From assembly GCA_964016885.1 (NCBI GenBank), contig OZ024743.1, positions 279,186,001 to 279,250,000 on the forward strand: a stretch of DNA of 64,000 nucleotides, read 5' to 3'. Source of the DNA: Eledone cirrhosa. Taxonomy: Eukaryota. The translations under genes were made by a program, and so were the position numbers. The notes beneath the pieces are model-generated. The model worked only from the letters and a program-made list of their open reading frames with translations. It was not told the DNA's origin and searched no databases. How positions within the stretch are numbered: position 1 is the first letter of the stretch; each line of letters starts with the position of its first letter. Positions 50,396 through 63,646 of the stretch are shown here, in pieces.

Positions 50396-51990
50396 ATGTA
50401 TATAGCAGAATCTTCTAAAAGCCAAACTTCCACGCGAAGAAAAGAATCTGCTGACCGCTGCTTGAAACGCATCGCACAATGCCGGAAAACCCTCCTCTTC
50501 AACAACGGAGTAGCCTGGGCAAAGAGTCAACCACTTCAGATCTATTTGACGTCTCCATGGGATCGTTTGACAGTGCTGACGTATGCGACTTGGTTGGCCT
50601 ATTTATTTTAGAGATATTACGTGTTAGATTCCCGTACTCCGCACGGTAATATACTTTTATGGCCTGACTTTATCGAGCCATAAAAGTGGTATAAAAAGGA
50701 TTTAACTGCTACCTTTAATGAGTTAGGACTTAGGATAAGAGCAGCTACCAGCCTCTCTAGCGTAGATTTCTTATACATTAATTTAGACCTTCGCACACAT
50801 ACCTTCAGACCCTTCTATAAACTAAACGAAAAACTAAATTACATACACAAGGGCTCATGACACCCTCCTACTGTTTTTAGAAACTTCGTAAATAATATCA
50901 GTACTAGAATCTCTAACTTCTCCTCTAATAAGGCTATCTGTGAGTGAGCGGCACCCTACTATAACACGGCGGTAGCTAACAGCAACTTCTCGCAACCAAT
51001 TACTTACTCTTCCACTAACAACAACAGCAATAAGAAAAGAAATCGTAGCAATAGACAAACTATCTGGTTCTCTCCTCCCTTCTCACTCAACGTTAAAACT
51101 AATATAGGAAAATTCTTTTCAGCCCTCTTAGATAGACACTTTCCCATAGGTCACAAATACCGCTCCATATTTAACAGACACAGAGAAAAACTAGGGTACT
51201 CGTGCGCTAAGAATATGAAGGCCCACATCACAAACAGTCCTAAGAGCGGCACCCCACCAGGATGCTTTTGCCGAAAGCCAGAAACTTGTCCCCTTCAACA
51301 GCAATAGTTTATGTAGCTGTGGTCACTTCCAACCGACCAAAGCAACCACAGGAGGTAAAATTCTATGTGGGTATGGTGGAGGGCCGATTTAAGGAACGCT
51401 TCCAGAACCATCAGTCGACTTTTTGGTACCCGGAGAAACGATCATCCACGAAACTAACGAGCCACGTATGGTCCATCAAGAACTCAGGTATAGACAACTC
51501 CATTCAATGGAAAGCCATCACTAAATCCAAGCCATACGCAAGGGGCAATCCGTCTTCTGAACTGTGTATTGAAGAAAGGATAAATAATCTAAGGAGGTTA
51601 CGCAATAGCGATTACCTAAATTCAAGATTGAAATCATCTCACGTTATCCACATGTCTGGAAACACCTCTTACATAACTACAAACTCCGGATTGAATAACA
51701 ACAACATTTTAATTTTCTAATCAACTCGAACATCCTTTCGGGACTTTCGCAGATATCTCCGTTACACCTTTCGCCCGTGGCTTTATATTGCTTGGATGAA
51801 GTCAACATTTCTGCGCATGCGCGTCCACACGGTTGTTCTTCCTGTTCCGTTTAACCATGACCAGTCCGAACTGAAGATCCGCTAAGGTGAAACAATTGTT
51901 CTCGGTATAGTGAACTAACGGTTGTGTTACTACTTCTACCAAACTTGTCCCATGGATTGAGTGCTCTACCACTACAGATATTACCTTACA
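50396..51990 (+). mobile_element. 5'-truncated Penelope-like element, Naiad-like (RT C-terminal half, GIY-YIG, 3' terminal repeat)
   Basis: CRKTLLFNNG, FDVSMGSFDSADVCDLVGLFIL, VDFL, S*HPP, IWFSPPFSLNVKTNIGK, CFCRK..CP, IVY...FYVG..E..FKERF.NH; frameshifts. Confidence 0.85.
51866..51905 (+). ncRNA. Minimal hammerhead in the PLE 3' terminal repeat
   Basis: CCGAA-CTGAAGA-TCC-gctaa-GGT-GAAA-CAATTG-TT-CTCGG; palindromic stem III; one stem I mismatch. Confidence 0.65.
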
Positions 51991-52029
51991 GTGTTCTACC
52001 TCTCTCTCTATATATATATAACTATCATT

Positions 52030-55000
52030 AACATAAATGAATAAATGAAGAGATATTCAAGGAACTGCAGAAAATAAACACTAATATGTCAGTACTCGTT
52101 AACAAACTAGATTCGACAAATGAGGAGACCAACCGCAAATACAATCCCTCCGAAATCAGCGATAGACTGCACAACCTATGAGAAACGATCAAAATACACT
52201 TTACGAATAACATAAACTTAATTCAAACAAACGAAGAACCATGTGGCACAGATACACTAACAACACAACATAAAAGAACCAAATTATACCACAATGGAAC
52301 ACATCAGTCAGAGACAGAAAATTCTCCTGTTGGGAGATGATTCAAAACAAATACAAAGCGGAGATTTATGAAAAATGACTTAATTCATCCCCATTAATCC
52401 TTCCCGGCAAAATACAGATTAAACGCATCCCAGATGAACCCGAGACACAAAGATGTCTTAGGGAAAGAATGACACTGGAACAAATGAAGAAAGAAATTGA
52501 ACTTCTAAAATTGAGAGGTCAGACAAATGAGGATAAAATAAAATCCATCGTCGAAGAGATCAACAAAGAAATCAACAAAAATAATCGAGGCACCAACGTA
52601 GAAAATATCTCTAAACTATGGATAGAAGATTGCAACAAGGAGGAACTGAAATCCTTCCAACGCTGGGAAAAAAACGAAACTTGTTTTCTAAATTATGGAA
52701 CCTTTCAAACAGAATACGCTTCCGACAACCCCTTCATAAAAACAAGCAAACCTAAATACCACTCATTGTTCAACCCCCCCCCCCCCATACCGAAACAAGA
52801 AGGCAACACCTTACCCTTACCTCTTAACCCAACTGCACAGCAACTAAGTGGACACCCCTGCAAGACACAAAGAAATAAGAAAACATCAACTGCAGGATGG
52901 ACATTACAGCCACTCTCCCACTAGGAGTTACCAAGGAAACCTCCATTCTTACAACCCCTCCAACCCCCACACACAACAAACCCAAACCACTCGGTATAAT
53001 CAGCAACGAAGGGCCCCTAAAACCCAACTACCACACATGATATATAAGGACACACAACCAAACACTAAATATAGGGACACCCTAATCAACCCACATCCAC
53101 GAACCCGAACCTTCAAAAACAACAGCAGGGAACAATACAACCACAGGAGACAACCCAACATCAACAACCATCACAACTACCTTAATCATTTTTTAGACCC
53201 AGTACAGCGAAAGGAGATGACACAAGACATACAGGAGCGACGAAAAGTAATAAAAGTCATACATTTAACCCCTAAAGAACTAACAACAGATCAAATCAAC
53301 ATACTCTTCAAAGGGCTGACATTTACACCGACCCCCCAACTCCCAAACTACTCCGAAATGAAGGAGGACATTACGGAATTATGTAGAAAACTAAGACTTA
53401 GCGAGGAACTACACGACAAGTACAACGAGGACGACACACTAGCTAGAATCAGAAGCAACTACACTCCGTCAAAAGGTAAGAACAAGTTCCTTGACTAATT
53501 CTGCGAACACATTACCAATTACCCATATCAACACCTACATAGACATAACCACAAGCCAAAGATGAGACATAACCACAAGCCAACCATGCAACGAAAAGGC
53601 TCAATACTACAGCCAACAGAAAATAATGAGAAACCTAAAATCTCTAACAACTCTTTACAGAGAAGGACTTACCGACAAGAAATACAACTATATCACTGAC
53701 TTTAAAAGCAAACTCAACCTTTTCTACAGTATCCCTAAGATACACAAAAACGAAAATATAAGTAAGGCATGCAATGAACCTACAGACATATTCATCAATG
53801 TCGCACAAAGACCTCAAATTTAGACTTATAATAGCAGGTCCCTTTTGTGAAATCCAGCGCCTCAGCAACTTCCTAGATATCCTGTTAAAACCATTCCTGT
53901 TAAAACCATTCCTGTTAAAACCATTAAAAGCTACATAAGGGACGACCTCGATATGCTCAACCACTTCACCAAAACACTTAATAATGAACATATCCTACTA
54001 GTGTTTTTGATGTAGTCAACCATTATTCCAATATCCCACACAACCTAGGAATAGAGGCAATCCAATTCTGGTTAAAAATTAACCCAATGAACTACCACAC
54101 CGCATCATAAAAGAATTCGTAATAGAAGGACTCAAATTTATCTTGGAGAATAACTACTTCGAATTCGATGCCAAATTCTACAGACAGAAATCCAGGACTG
54201 CCATGGGCACGAAAACGGCCTCCTCTTACGCCAACCTCGTTATGGGATACTCAGAAATCACCCTCTTCCGAAAAGTACTAGATAAATACGGAAACCCTTC
54301 TACCTCCACATAGAAAAAAACTGGAATAGATATCTGGATGATTGCTTCATCCTCTGGCATGAAAGCATAGAAAGACTTTTCGAATTTAAATAACTTCTGA
54401 ATGGACTCAACACAGACATTCAATTTACATTGGAATACAGCCACGAAAAACTTCCTTTCCTCGACATCCTTATCAAGAAAACCAACAACAAATTAGAAAC
54501 AGACAGATACTATAAACCCACAAACTCCAAACAGTATCTTCCATTCAACTCATGCCACCCTAGACACACTAAAATGAGCATTCCCTACAACCTCGCCAAA
54601 AGGATCCGCACAATTGTATCTGATAAATACACATGCTACATTCGACTAGAAGAATTAAAGAACACTTATTAGCAGAAATTACCCACCATCCCTATTCAAC
54701 AATGGATTCCAACGTGCCCTAAAACTCAACGTCTAGGAACTTAGACATCCCAAACCAAGGAATGAATCAAAACTGAAAACTCTACCATACATCTCCACAC
54801 ACAACCCCCTTAAAAATGAAGCACTCGACATCATCCTCCAGAACATACCTTTACTAAAAAGAGATCTAAGAATGAACCAAATCCTCCAAACGCAGAATAT
54901 CATAAAGAGAAAAAGTCAACCTAAATCAATAAAACACATCCTTACACAGGCCAAAGTCCAGCCGACCCCCACAATGAACCCTACAGTAAAAAAAAATGCG

Positions 55001-55700
55001 GAAGACCCAACTGTGGTGTATGTACCAGTCTAATAGAGGGATCAAAGTTCCACTTCAAACAAGGACAACACTTTGCAGTTAAGTGCAATTTCACATGTGC
55101 ATTAGAATATCTGATCTATGTGTTGACCTGCTCAGGTTGTCGAGGGCATTACACAAGACAGACCAAAAACAGCCTCCGACAATGTATGACAGTCCATAGA
55201 TCCCAAATCAAAATACGGTAATACAGAAACATAGCACTAAGTGGACACATCGCGATGTGCGCATCTAATGAAGAACCCGATTTTAGAATGTTTCCCTATC
55301 TACAAATTCAAAAACAACGCTTCCTACATCCAACGCATTAGCGAGGAATCACAATTTATCGCCAAATACGAACCCCTTCTAAATGCTTCCACTTCGATGT
55401 AAACCAAAGTAGCACACGTTAAAATTAACACCCTAGACTAGATTCCAGCAACCTGTGACAACAATATAATGCAGACCAAGCAACCACATCGTAACACCCA
55501 CATCAGCAAGTCATGAGGACCTCCTTGAAGATAATCGGATAAATGGAAACATTCAAGTGCCAAACTAAATGTTTTACATTCCCCTGAATCTGGAATCTTC
55601 TGCTGAAGATAGAATGGGCATTCCAGTGGCTCTGAACCCCTCGTTGTAGCAAAATTTTCTCCATCCCGCTAAATCTAAAATTCCTGCTAAGGATGGAATT
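52030..55700 (+). mobile_element. Decayed Penelope-like element, Neptune-like (RT, Cys-rich linker, GIY-YIG)
   Basis: LFKGLTFTPTP, FYSIPKIHK, FDVV..YSNIPH, TAMGT..ASSYANL, RYLDD, LPFLD, YYKPT..SCHP, CGRPNCGVC, FTC...LIYVLTC..C..HY; ORF ends near 55402; many stops; 16-bp triplication near 53880-53925. Confidence 0.88.
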
Positions 55701-56329
55701 AATATTTCAATAACTTTAAATCTTCATTGTGGCAAAAAAAAACAAGGTCAATGTTGATGATTTCTTCCAAGAAAAAATACTAAGATAGATATTTTTAGGC
55801 CCCCCCCCCCGTCAACTGTAAGGTCACCCAGCCTTTAAACCAATCCCAGCCAAACCTTGTATCCACTATTCAAAGGGTACCACATAGCAGTCTGCAGCCA
55901 CAACAACCTTCCCCTACCCCTCCTTCTTCTTCTCTCCTCTCCTGCTTCTACCCTCTTCAGCCACAACAAAGCCATTAGCAGAGAAGGATAGATTGACAAA
56001 ATGACTTTCTTCTCTGAAGGACCACGTACGTGAAAATTAACTTTTCTTCCCCTCTTAATATTTTTTTTGTTATTATCATAATCTTCGCTATTTGTACAAA
56101 TATGCAACTTAACAATATTCTGCATATCCGCAATTGACAATGTATTTAATTCTGAAACCGGTACTGTACATAAATTAATATTTTCAAATCTCACTAAATA
56201 TATCTCTTCAGCATTTTCTACAGTAAAAATAATTTTCCTTTTTACTATTTGTTTTTATATATATCAACTCGTGTGTTACCTTTCAGCATTCGATATATAT
56301 ATATATTTATATATATATATATATATATG

Positions 56330-56655
56330 CAAAAGTTTTATTTAAAATTGTTGGGTTACAACAAGTAAATATTTTATAACTGATATAAAGCACTCAACAA
56401 GATTTGGAGTAGATATACGATATTAAACAAATGGAAACTATATTTATAAAACCATATTTATTTCATTATACATATTTCAGGGATACCATATTAAAAATAT
56501 GGCATGCCTTCTTCAGATAAAATACAATATATAAGCAGTTTTATAAATAAATTTGACGTACCATAAATATTGATCAACTTCTATGCAAGAAGTTGGTTTG
56601 GTAGTCAAATAAATATGGTTTTATAAATATAGTTTCCATTTGTTTAATATCGTAT
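56330..56655. mobile_element. Foldback relic in (TA)n with a minus-strand hammerhead (56459-56524)
   Basis: 56413-56463 is the reverse complement of 56607-56657; minus strand reads TATTTTAT-CTGAAGA-stem II-GAAA-TATGTA-TA-ATGAAATA. Confidence 0.65.
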
Positions 56656-57171
56656 ATATATATATATATATAATCAAGGTTTAGGAAATAAGAAAAAGTT
56701 TTTAAATAAATTTTAAAAAGTTCACTGTACCTGCCATAATTACCCTTACCGCGCGGTTTCAAGTCTCAAAATAAATGGATAATCCATGCGGAAATTCATT
56801 GAGAAGAAGTCTTTCGTCAGAGGGTTCTTCTCACTCGGAGAATATAAAATTCCCGAGTTCAAATCACGAACTGGCGCCATACAGAACTGTTCCCAGATGA
56901 GAGTGTATGATGAAGAAACAATTTTGTCTATTTATATATATATATACCCACAATTAAATTAAGGGTTGTCATGTCTCTCAGACAGTGGCGTGAATAAAAT
57001 TATCGACAGCTAGAAATAGCAGCTGAGTCCATTCAACTGAGTTAGCTCTACAATTAAGGGGCCATATATATATATCCAAAATTAAATTAAGGGTTGTCAT
57101 GTCTGAGAGACATGCGCCATATCCACTGTAGAATAAGCTCAAAGATTCCAATGAACAGATCCGAGCATTTC

Positions 57172-57385
57172 ATATCAACTAGAAATAAATTGACATATAT
57201 ATATATATATATAAAATAAACATATGGAACAAACACAGGGAATAATTTGTAAAGAATGTAAGCACACATAGCTAGGTAGGTAACCAATTAAAGTTTAACT
57301 AGAACTTCAAATATAGATACCTTTTAAAATGATTGTTCCATATGTTTATTTTATATATATATATATCAATCTATTTCTAGTTGAT
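57172..57385. repeat. Foldback repeat including internal (TA)n
   Basis: 57172-57230 is the reverse complement of 57334-57385. Confidence 0.7.
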
Positions 57386-57394
57386 ATATATATA

Positions 57395-57639
57395 TAGTTT
57401 AGAGGTTGTAGCGTCAATTCAATGTAGGTTCACCTTCTTATTTACTCGATGCATAGTTACGTCACATCCAGTATGTATTTTGGGGTTGCCATTAAGAAAA
57501 CATAAGTCTGATGAGCGTTTGATTCCACAGTCGTCTCCGATCGACAGAGATCGAACCATTTGCTGATCAATCACGAAACGCACGTAACACCCGAATAAAT
57601 ATAATTCTCATTTGACACCGTGTCTTTACTTATTATTAC

Positions 57640-57642
<3 letters not shown>
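57395..57642 (+). mobile_element. Short PLE/retrozyme-like relic between (TA)n tracts with a degenerate hammerhead
   Basis: CTGATGA at 57508, GAAACGCACGTA at 57575, poor stem I; 3' end TTATTATTACTATA shared with 36225 and 62082. Confidence 0.5.
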
Positions 57643-57693
<51 letters not shown>

Positions 57694-57695
<2 letters not shown>

Positions 57696-58642
57696 CAGTT
57701 CATAGTAAAACAGGAAACTAAAGCCCGAGAAATAACTGTTAAAACATCCGAAGGCCGTTAATTATAACAGCAATGTAGTCGCGTAAGATAGCCTTAAATA
57801 AGAAAATTTTGGCTAGTTGCCGATAACGAGAACCGAATTTCTTGTCTTTCCGAAGTGGTAGCCATCTCATCAGATTTCACCTGGCCATGTAGGTTCTCAT
57901 GGCCAGGTGAGAGTTGATTTAATGAAACAACCAGCCGTTAACTACTTCTGAAAGAAGACCAAATGTTCCCCCAACATACTAAACCGTTTTCTGTCTTCTT
58001 CCTTTCTCTCACCTAGTCCTCTCACGCTTGCTGCTGCTACTACCACTTCCTCTTATTACAACTACCACTGCTATTCCTGCCCTTTCCTTTTCTTCTAAGA
58101 CGCACTTTTCTCTCGCCCCTTGGCTCGTTTACTTGTTTGATTGTTCTGTTTTGTTATGTTACCATGCCATACGTGTCATATAAGCAGAAATGTTTAGCTG
58201 TAGATGTACGGGCTGGCCTTTATCGTGCGAAATTACAAGGCCAGGTGAGATCTGATGAGTTTAAAATAAGTCTGTACATTAATTCTTGTATTGTAACATC
58301 GATCTTCATGCATTTTGTAACTGCAGTTATTTTCATTTTTATTCTCCTTTCCTTTACACTCCTCCATACCTATATACTCTTCTCTTAATCATCTATACTT
58401 TTCACCCACCTGCCCTCGCAACGTGTTCTCCCTCTCTCTCTCTTTCTTTCTATCCAGCATAGTTTCTCCCTCTTCCCTCATGGCTACTGTTTCTGAAAGA
58501 TAGGTACTTCATTTCTCTGGCCACTATTTTCTGACGTTAGTGTTAATTTAATCGGCTCCTATGTTCTAATCATTAACGGTATTCGGCTGTTTTAACAGCT
58601 ATTTCTCACGTTTAAGTTTCCCATTTACCTATCAACTTCATA
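57694..58642. mobile_element. Old ~950-bp element with long diverged inverted ends
   Basis: 57694-57790 resembles the reverse complement of 58548-58642; internal inverted CTCATCAGATTTCACCTGGCC / GGCCAGGTGAGATCTGATGAG. Confidence 0.6.
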
Positions 58643-58794
58643 TTCCCTCAACGCTTCGTTTTGATAATTCGGTACACTTAATGGTTAATTATGTATATAT
58701 ATATATATGTATCTATTATATAAATATATGTGTTTATATACATGCATATATATTTATATATATATATATTACATATATTCATACATATACACAT

Positions 58795-58825
<31 letters not shown>

Positions 58826-58885
58826 AGAGAGAGGGGGGGAGAGAGAGAGATAGAGATAGAGAGAGTGAGGGAGAGAGCGAGAGAT

Positions 58886-58931
<46 letters not shown>

Positions 58932-59665
58932 CGTGCGTGTGTGTGTGTGTGTGTGTGTGTAATAGATGACAGATAAGTTTCAATAAGCCGATACAATCCG
59001 ATAGAAATACTATATAACAAAGGATGACAAATAAAACAAAACAAAGTAATGTTTTACCCAATATATTTCAACTTGATATTTCAGGGCAATTTGAAATATA
59101 CTGCATGTTGAAATATACTGCATAAAGCATTACTTAGTTTTGTTTTATTTGTCATCTTTCATCCTTTGCTGGAAAAATGAGTTGCGGCATCACTGGCCTT
59201 TTCATTGGACCACGTTGTTATATATTAAGTTGTAGTTAGCTTGAAGCATGGTGGAATATGAGATAAAAATACGACTAAAAGATAAGTTTGGTTATTTGGA
59301 AACCCGACAATGCGGGTTTCATAAAAATGCCTAGGTGGTAAGAAAGGAGAGCAATAAAAACAACACATTTAACTGAAATAAAGGAATGAGGATGATCGAA
59401 ATTTACCTGAGCAATTTTCAATGAGAAACTTGAAAAATGTGGTAGATGGCTGTCCGATTGATAAGTTAAATTCAGAAAAGTGACGCTGTCTGATATCTTC
59501 GTTATCCTGGGGCTTATGTGCGCAACTTAGACTATATTTTAAAGTAAAATACGTGAGCTGATGTTCAAAGTTGATTAATATCCAACATTTTTGTAAATCT
59601 CTCAACGTTTCTAAAACCCTAACCCGATCAGAGTTATCAAAGTTACAATGTATATTTATACACAG

Positions 59666-59740
<75 letters not shown>

Positions 59741-59746
59741 CATACA

Positions 59747-59777
<31 letters not shown>

Positions 59778-59802
59778 ATATATATACACACATGCATAGA
59801 GG

Positions 59803-59834
<32 letters not shown>

Positions 59835-60175
59835 CATGTGTGTGTGTGTATGAGTGTATGAATATAGTAAAACTTAAAATGATAGGCAAATGAATAGATA
59901 GAAACGTAGTGAGATAGATAATTCAATCCACTAAATTATTAGTTTGACCACTAACTGGTGAGAAATCGGACAAGGAGACAAATATATAGCCACAATAACT
60001 TCATCATCCATGACTATCTTTTGCAATGTTTTTAATTCTATCCCATAATTCCATTAAAATCAACAATTTCCGCCTAGTATACAATTATACAGCAGATACA
60101 ACTATTGATTTTCCACTAATGTATAATTAGTGGTTTTATCGCCTCACCTAACCGGCGTTCTGATATGTCGGCAGT

Positions 60176-60220
<45 letters not shown>

Positions 60221-60814
60221 AACTACTGGTAATATTAATTATCGTTATTATTATAATTTCACTACTGTAATTTCTTTTTCATACTCTTTTTACTCCCCTT
60301 CCTCTGCTGCTTCATTCTATTATCATTCTTCGTCTACTTCCCCCATTCCTCCACCTCCCCTCCCCTTTCTTCTTCTTCTTCTTCTTCTTCTTCTTCTTCT
60401 CGCTGCTACTGTCATCGGAATTGGTAGTTTGCGTTACTAACTTTAGTTTGTAATTAGTTCGGATGTGGTAAGTTGGGTGTGACGTTTGGAAGCGAGAATG
60501 TGAGAAAGGATGGTGGGTAGGGTATAGAGACTAGTGTGATGAAAAGATGGATGTGATAAATATGATAGACTTTTCGCTGATAACGTTTATCGTTATGTTG
60601 ATTAGGTTGATGATGCCGCTGCTGTTGTATTAGTTGAAGACGATGATCAAGATGATATAGATGATGATGATGATGATAAGGAGGCTGAGGATAAAAATGA
60701 TGATGATGATGATGATGATGGTAATGAGAGCGATAATTATGATAAGCATGACGATGACGAGAGTGACGATGAAAATGATGAATGATGGTGATGATGATGA
60801 GAATAAAGATGGAA

Positions 60815-60847
<33 letters not shown>

Positions 60848-61865
60848 ATGTTTATGATAAGGAAAAGGAAATCATATATAAATGAGTATGATGTAGACAT
60901 AGAATGATACGGCTACATCACATATATTCAGAAGATACCTCTTTGCTATCTGATAACCAGTAATGCAAAAGACGTATTGAATTTAGAATATAATATGTGT
61001 TTTGTGCTAAAGTAGTTATAAGGATTACAGATTTGTTATTTATTACCACACAATACACAAATATATTTCCTAGTTAAAATGCCTTTTTGAAGGTTGATAT
61101 CATTGCAATATAATCTGTAATGACACATAAAATATAAGCCACTTTCTGGAAATACTGCGATTATAATAGGTAGATATCATGTATAGTCTGCCTTGGGTCA
61201 ATCCAATTATATAACTGAACTGGAGAATAGGAAAATACTATTTGTACACTTTGCAGTAGGTAGCAAAGGACTTGAGAATATTACTATACTTGATAACATC
61301 GACAACACAGGATTTAATTCTTTTTAGTGTTTAACACAAGCTACCAGAGATAATCTTTTCATTCTATGAGGGATTCTATATAGGATTGTAGTGCTGCCAA
61401 ATAATGTTTTCATTTCTAGCTTCATTTATTTCGTAGCTTAATATACTCTTTGTAAAATGATGCAATGGTTCGGTGTGGTAGATGCATGGTCAATCGATGA
61501 GAAAGTATTGTACATGTGTGTCAGTTATACATGTTTCGGTTTACAACTTTCATGTTTGTATTGAAATTTGTATCCGAGATTTATACTCCTGAATACGTTC
61601 TATGGCTTGTTGCATCACATTGAGGAGAAGGTATTTATTCTGGTGTTTTAGAAATAAATTCTATCTATAGCTACTGAACATTACAAAAAAACAAATGTCC
61701 CAGCACTTATACAAAGATAGCAAACATTCAAAACACACAAAGCACAAATATAGTATGTTAAATGTATCAAATGCAGCTCTAATACAGAATAGGCGAAACA
61801 CGTCTTTAAAAACTCATAACACAAAGAGTATGCATTAAACTGAACAGAACAACACAAACACAGTC

Positions 61866-61956
<91 letters not shown>

Positions 61957-62099
61957 TAACAGATTAAACTTTAATCTGTTATTTTAATAAATATTTCCCA
62001 TAGGGTTCTTGTATATTTGATATATATTTATCCTTATCGAGCCCTCTTTGGATTTTAGTCTTCACATTCATTATTATTACTATATATATATATATATAT

Positions 62100-62500
62100 A
62101 TGAGTGTGTGTATAGTATATTTGGCAATATACCGCATGTTTAATTACAAACATTTAGAAGACCATTCGCTATCAGTTTTAAAGTAGTGACTATGTCACTT
62201 AATTATTTTCGGCAAAGGTAGGTAGAGAAGCTGACAGTCTACTTCTCGCTGTTTGGCGTTTATCAAAACCACGCACTCCCCTAGGTTTGCCAAAAATTAT
62301 AGAAGCTGGATTCTTACAGATTTTCAGTAATAATAAGGAGCTGATTACACCGAGCGATTGCCGGTCCAGCAAAAATTAGGTATTAGTATTGGTGCTCTGA
62401 AATAGCGATGTATATATGAATGTATGTATAGTATATTTGGCAATATACCGTATGTTTAAATAACAACATTTAGAAGACCATTCGCTGTCAGTTTCAAAGT
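62100..62500 (-). repeat. Diverged relative of the 310-bp retrozyme (~1.25 units, period ~316 bp)
   Basis: GAGCGATTGCCGGTCCAGCAAAAATTAG..TGCTCTGAAATAGCGAT.TATATATGAAT matches the reverse complement of the 310-bp unit; TATAGTATATTTGGCAATATACC at 62111 and 62427. Confidence 0.8.
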
Positions 62501-62504
62501 AAAT

Positions 62505-62885
62505 CCAATGCTATTGACATTATCAGTTTTCAAGAGCATAGACATTTCCATCCTAATGTAGGCCTAAAGTTTACAAAATCTGACAATTTCCAGCTCGTCA
62601 CTGCCTCTGCATACAAAACCTCCAAGAACGCCACCATTGGTGGAGTTGGTATGCTTCTCTCATGAAGGGCACGTGAGAACATCATCAACATCGAAAAGAT
62701 AGACGATAGCATAATGGTTGCCGAGTTGAATTCAAATTCCAAACTCACATTTATATCTTGCTATAGCCCAACAAACAGCAGTGAGGAAGAAACTCCCGCC
62801 AGTTTCTATCAGTCTATGAGATCGGTCACTGAAAACATCCTTGCCCGTAATTTCCTTACTATTGCAGGCGACTTCAATACCCAAA
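62505..62885 (+). pseudogene. RTE-like LINE APE endonuclease fragment
   Basis: IDIISFQEHR, IGGVGMLLS, ISCYSPTN, FY, IAGDFN; one internal stop. Confidence 0.8.
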
Positions 62886-63078
62886 CTAGAATAACTAGAA
62901 TATATGAATAAGGTAAGCCTAAATCATAGTAGATTCAAATATCACAGAGGGAAAGAGAGATAGAGAGGGGGGGGCAGAGTGCGACAGAAATGAATCATGG
63001 AATACAGGTTAAATATAATCTAGATAGATGGGAGACGAAACGAGGATGTAGTTTATGGAACATACAAATGGGTTAGAA

Positions 63079-63516
63079 GTCGACCTTAAGTTGGAGCAAT
63101 AACAATAAGGAAGACATGAACGACACCACATCATTTTGTATTGAAGATTTTGAAATAAGTTTGAATTTTCAAAAGATTTTCGCAGCTGTCTCAATGGCCT
63201 AGCGGTGGGTACAAGAGATGGCGTAGATCCTGGTCTTGGGTTCAATCATGGTCAAGAGGTACATGTAAACTTTTTCAGTTTTTATTTTACATCCCATAGA
63301 TAAAAAACTGAAAAGATTTACGGGGAACCCTACATCCAACAAGGATTGAACTTCAGACCAGGATCACATTCGTCTATGATTCCACCAACTAGGCCGCCGA
63401 GACAGCTACGAAAATATGAAAATTAATAATTATAGACCTACTTTCAAAATCAAAGTTAAAAAGATGTGGTGTCATTCATGACTTTATTAGTGCTATTAGT
63501 CATATTTAGGGTCGAC
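63079..63516. mobile_element. Diverged ~440-bp palindromic element with a tRNA-like head in each arm
   Basis: Arms pair throughout (GTCGACC, ACACCACATC, CAGCTGTCTC, GATCCTGGTCT, TTCAGTTTTTA); A-box-like TGGCCTAGCGG and B-box-like GGTTCAATC. Confidence 0.65.
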
Positions 63517-63607
63517 ATGTCAATCTTCTGGCTCTTTGGTAACAACCTTCTTATTCCTATGTGTGTTTAACTGTTGAATCAATTTAATTTAATTATTTTA
63601 GCAAACA

Positions 63608-63640
<33 letters not shown>

Positions 63641-63646
<6 letters not shown>

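Noticed and set aside
63185-63255. Functional tRNA gene
   Set aside because: A- and B-box-like motifs are present, but no cloverleaf or anticodon arm can be formed; the same applies to the tRNA-like end at ~56850-56879
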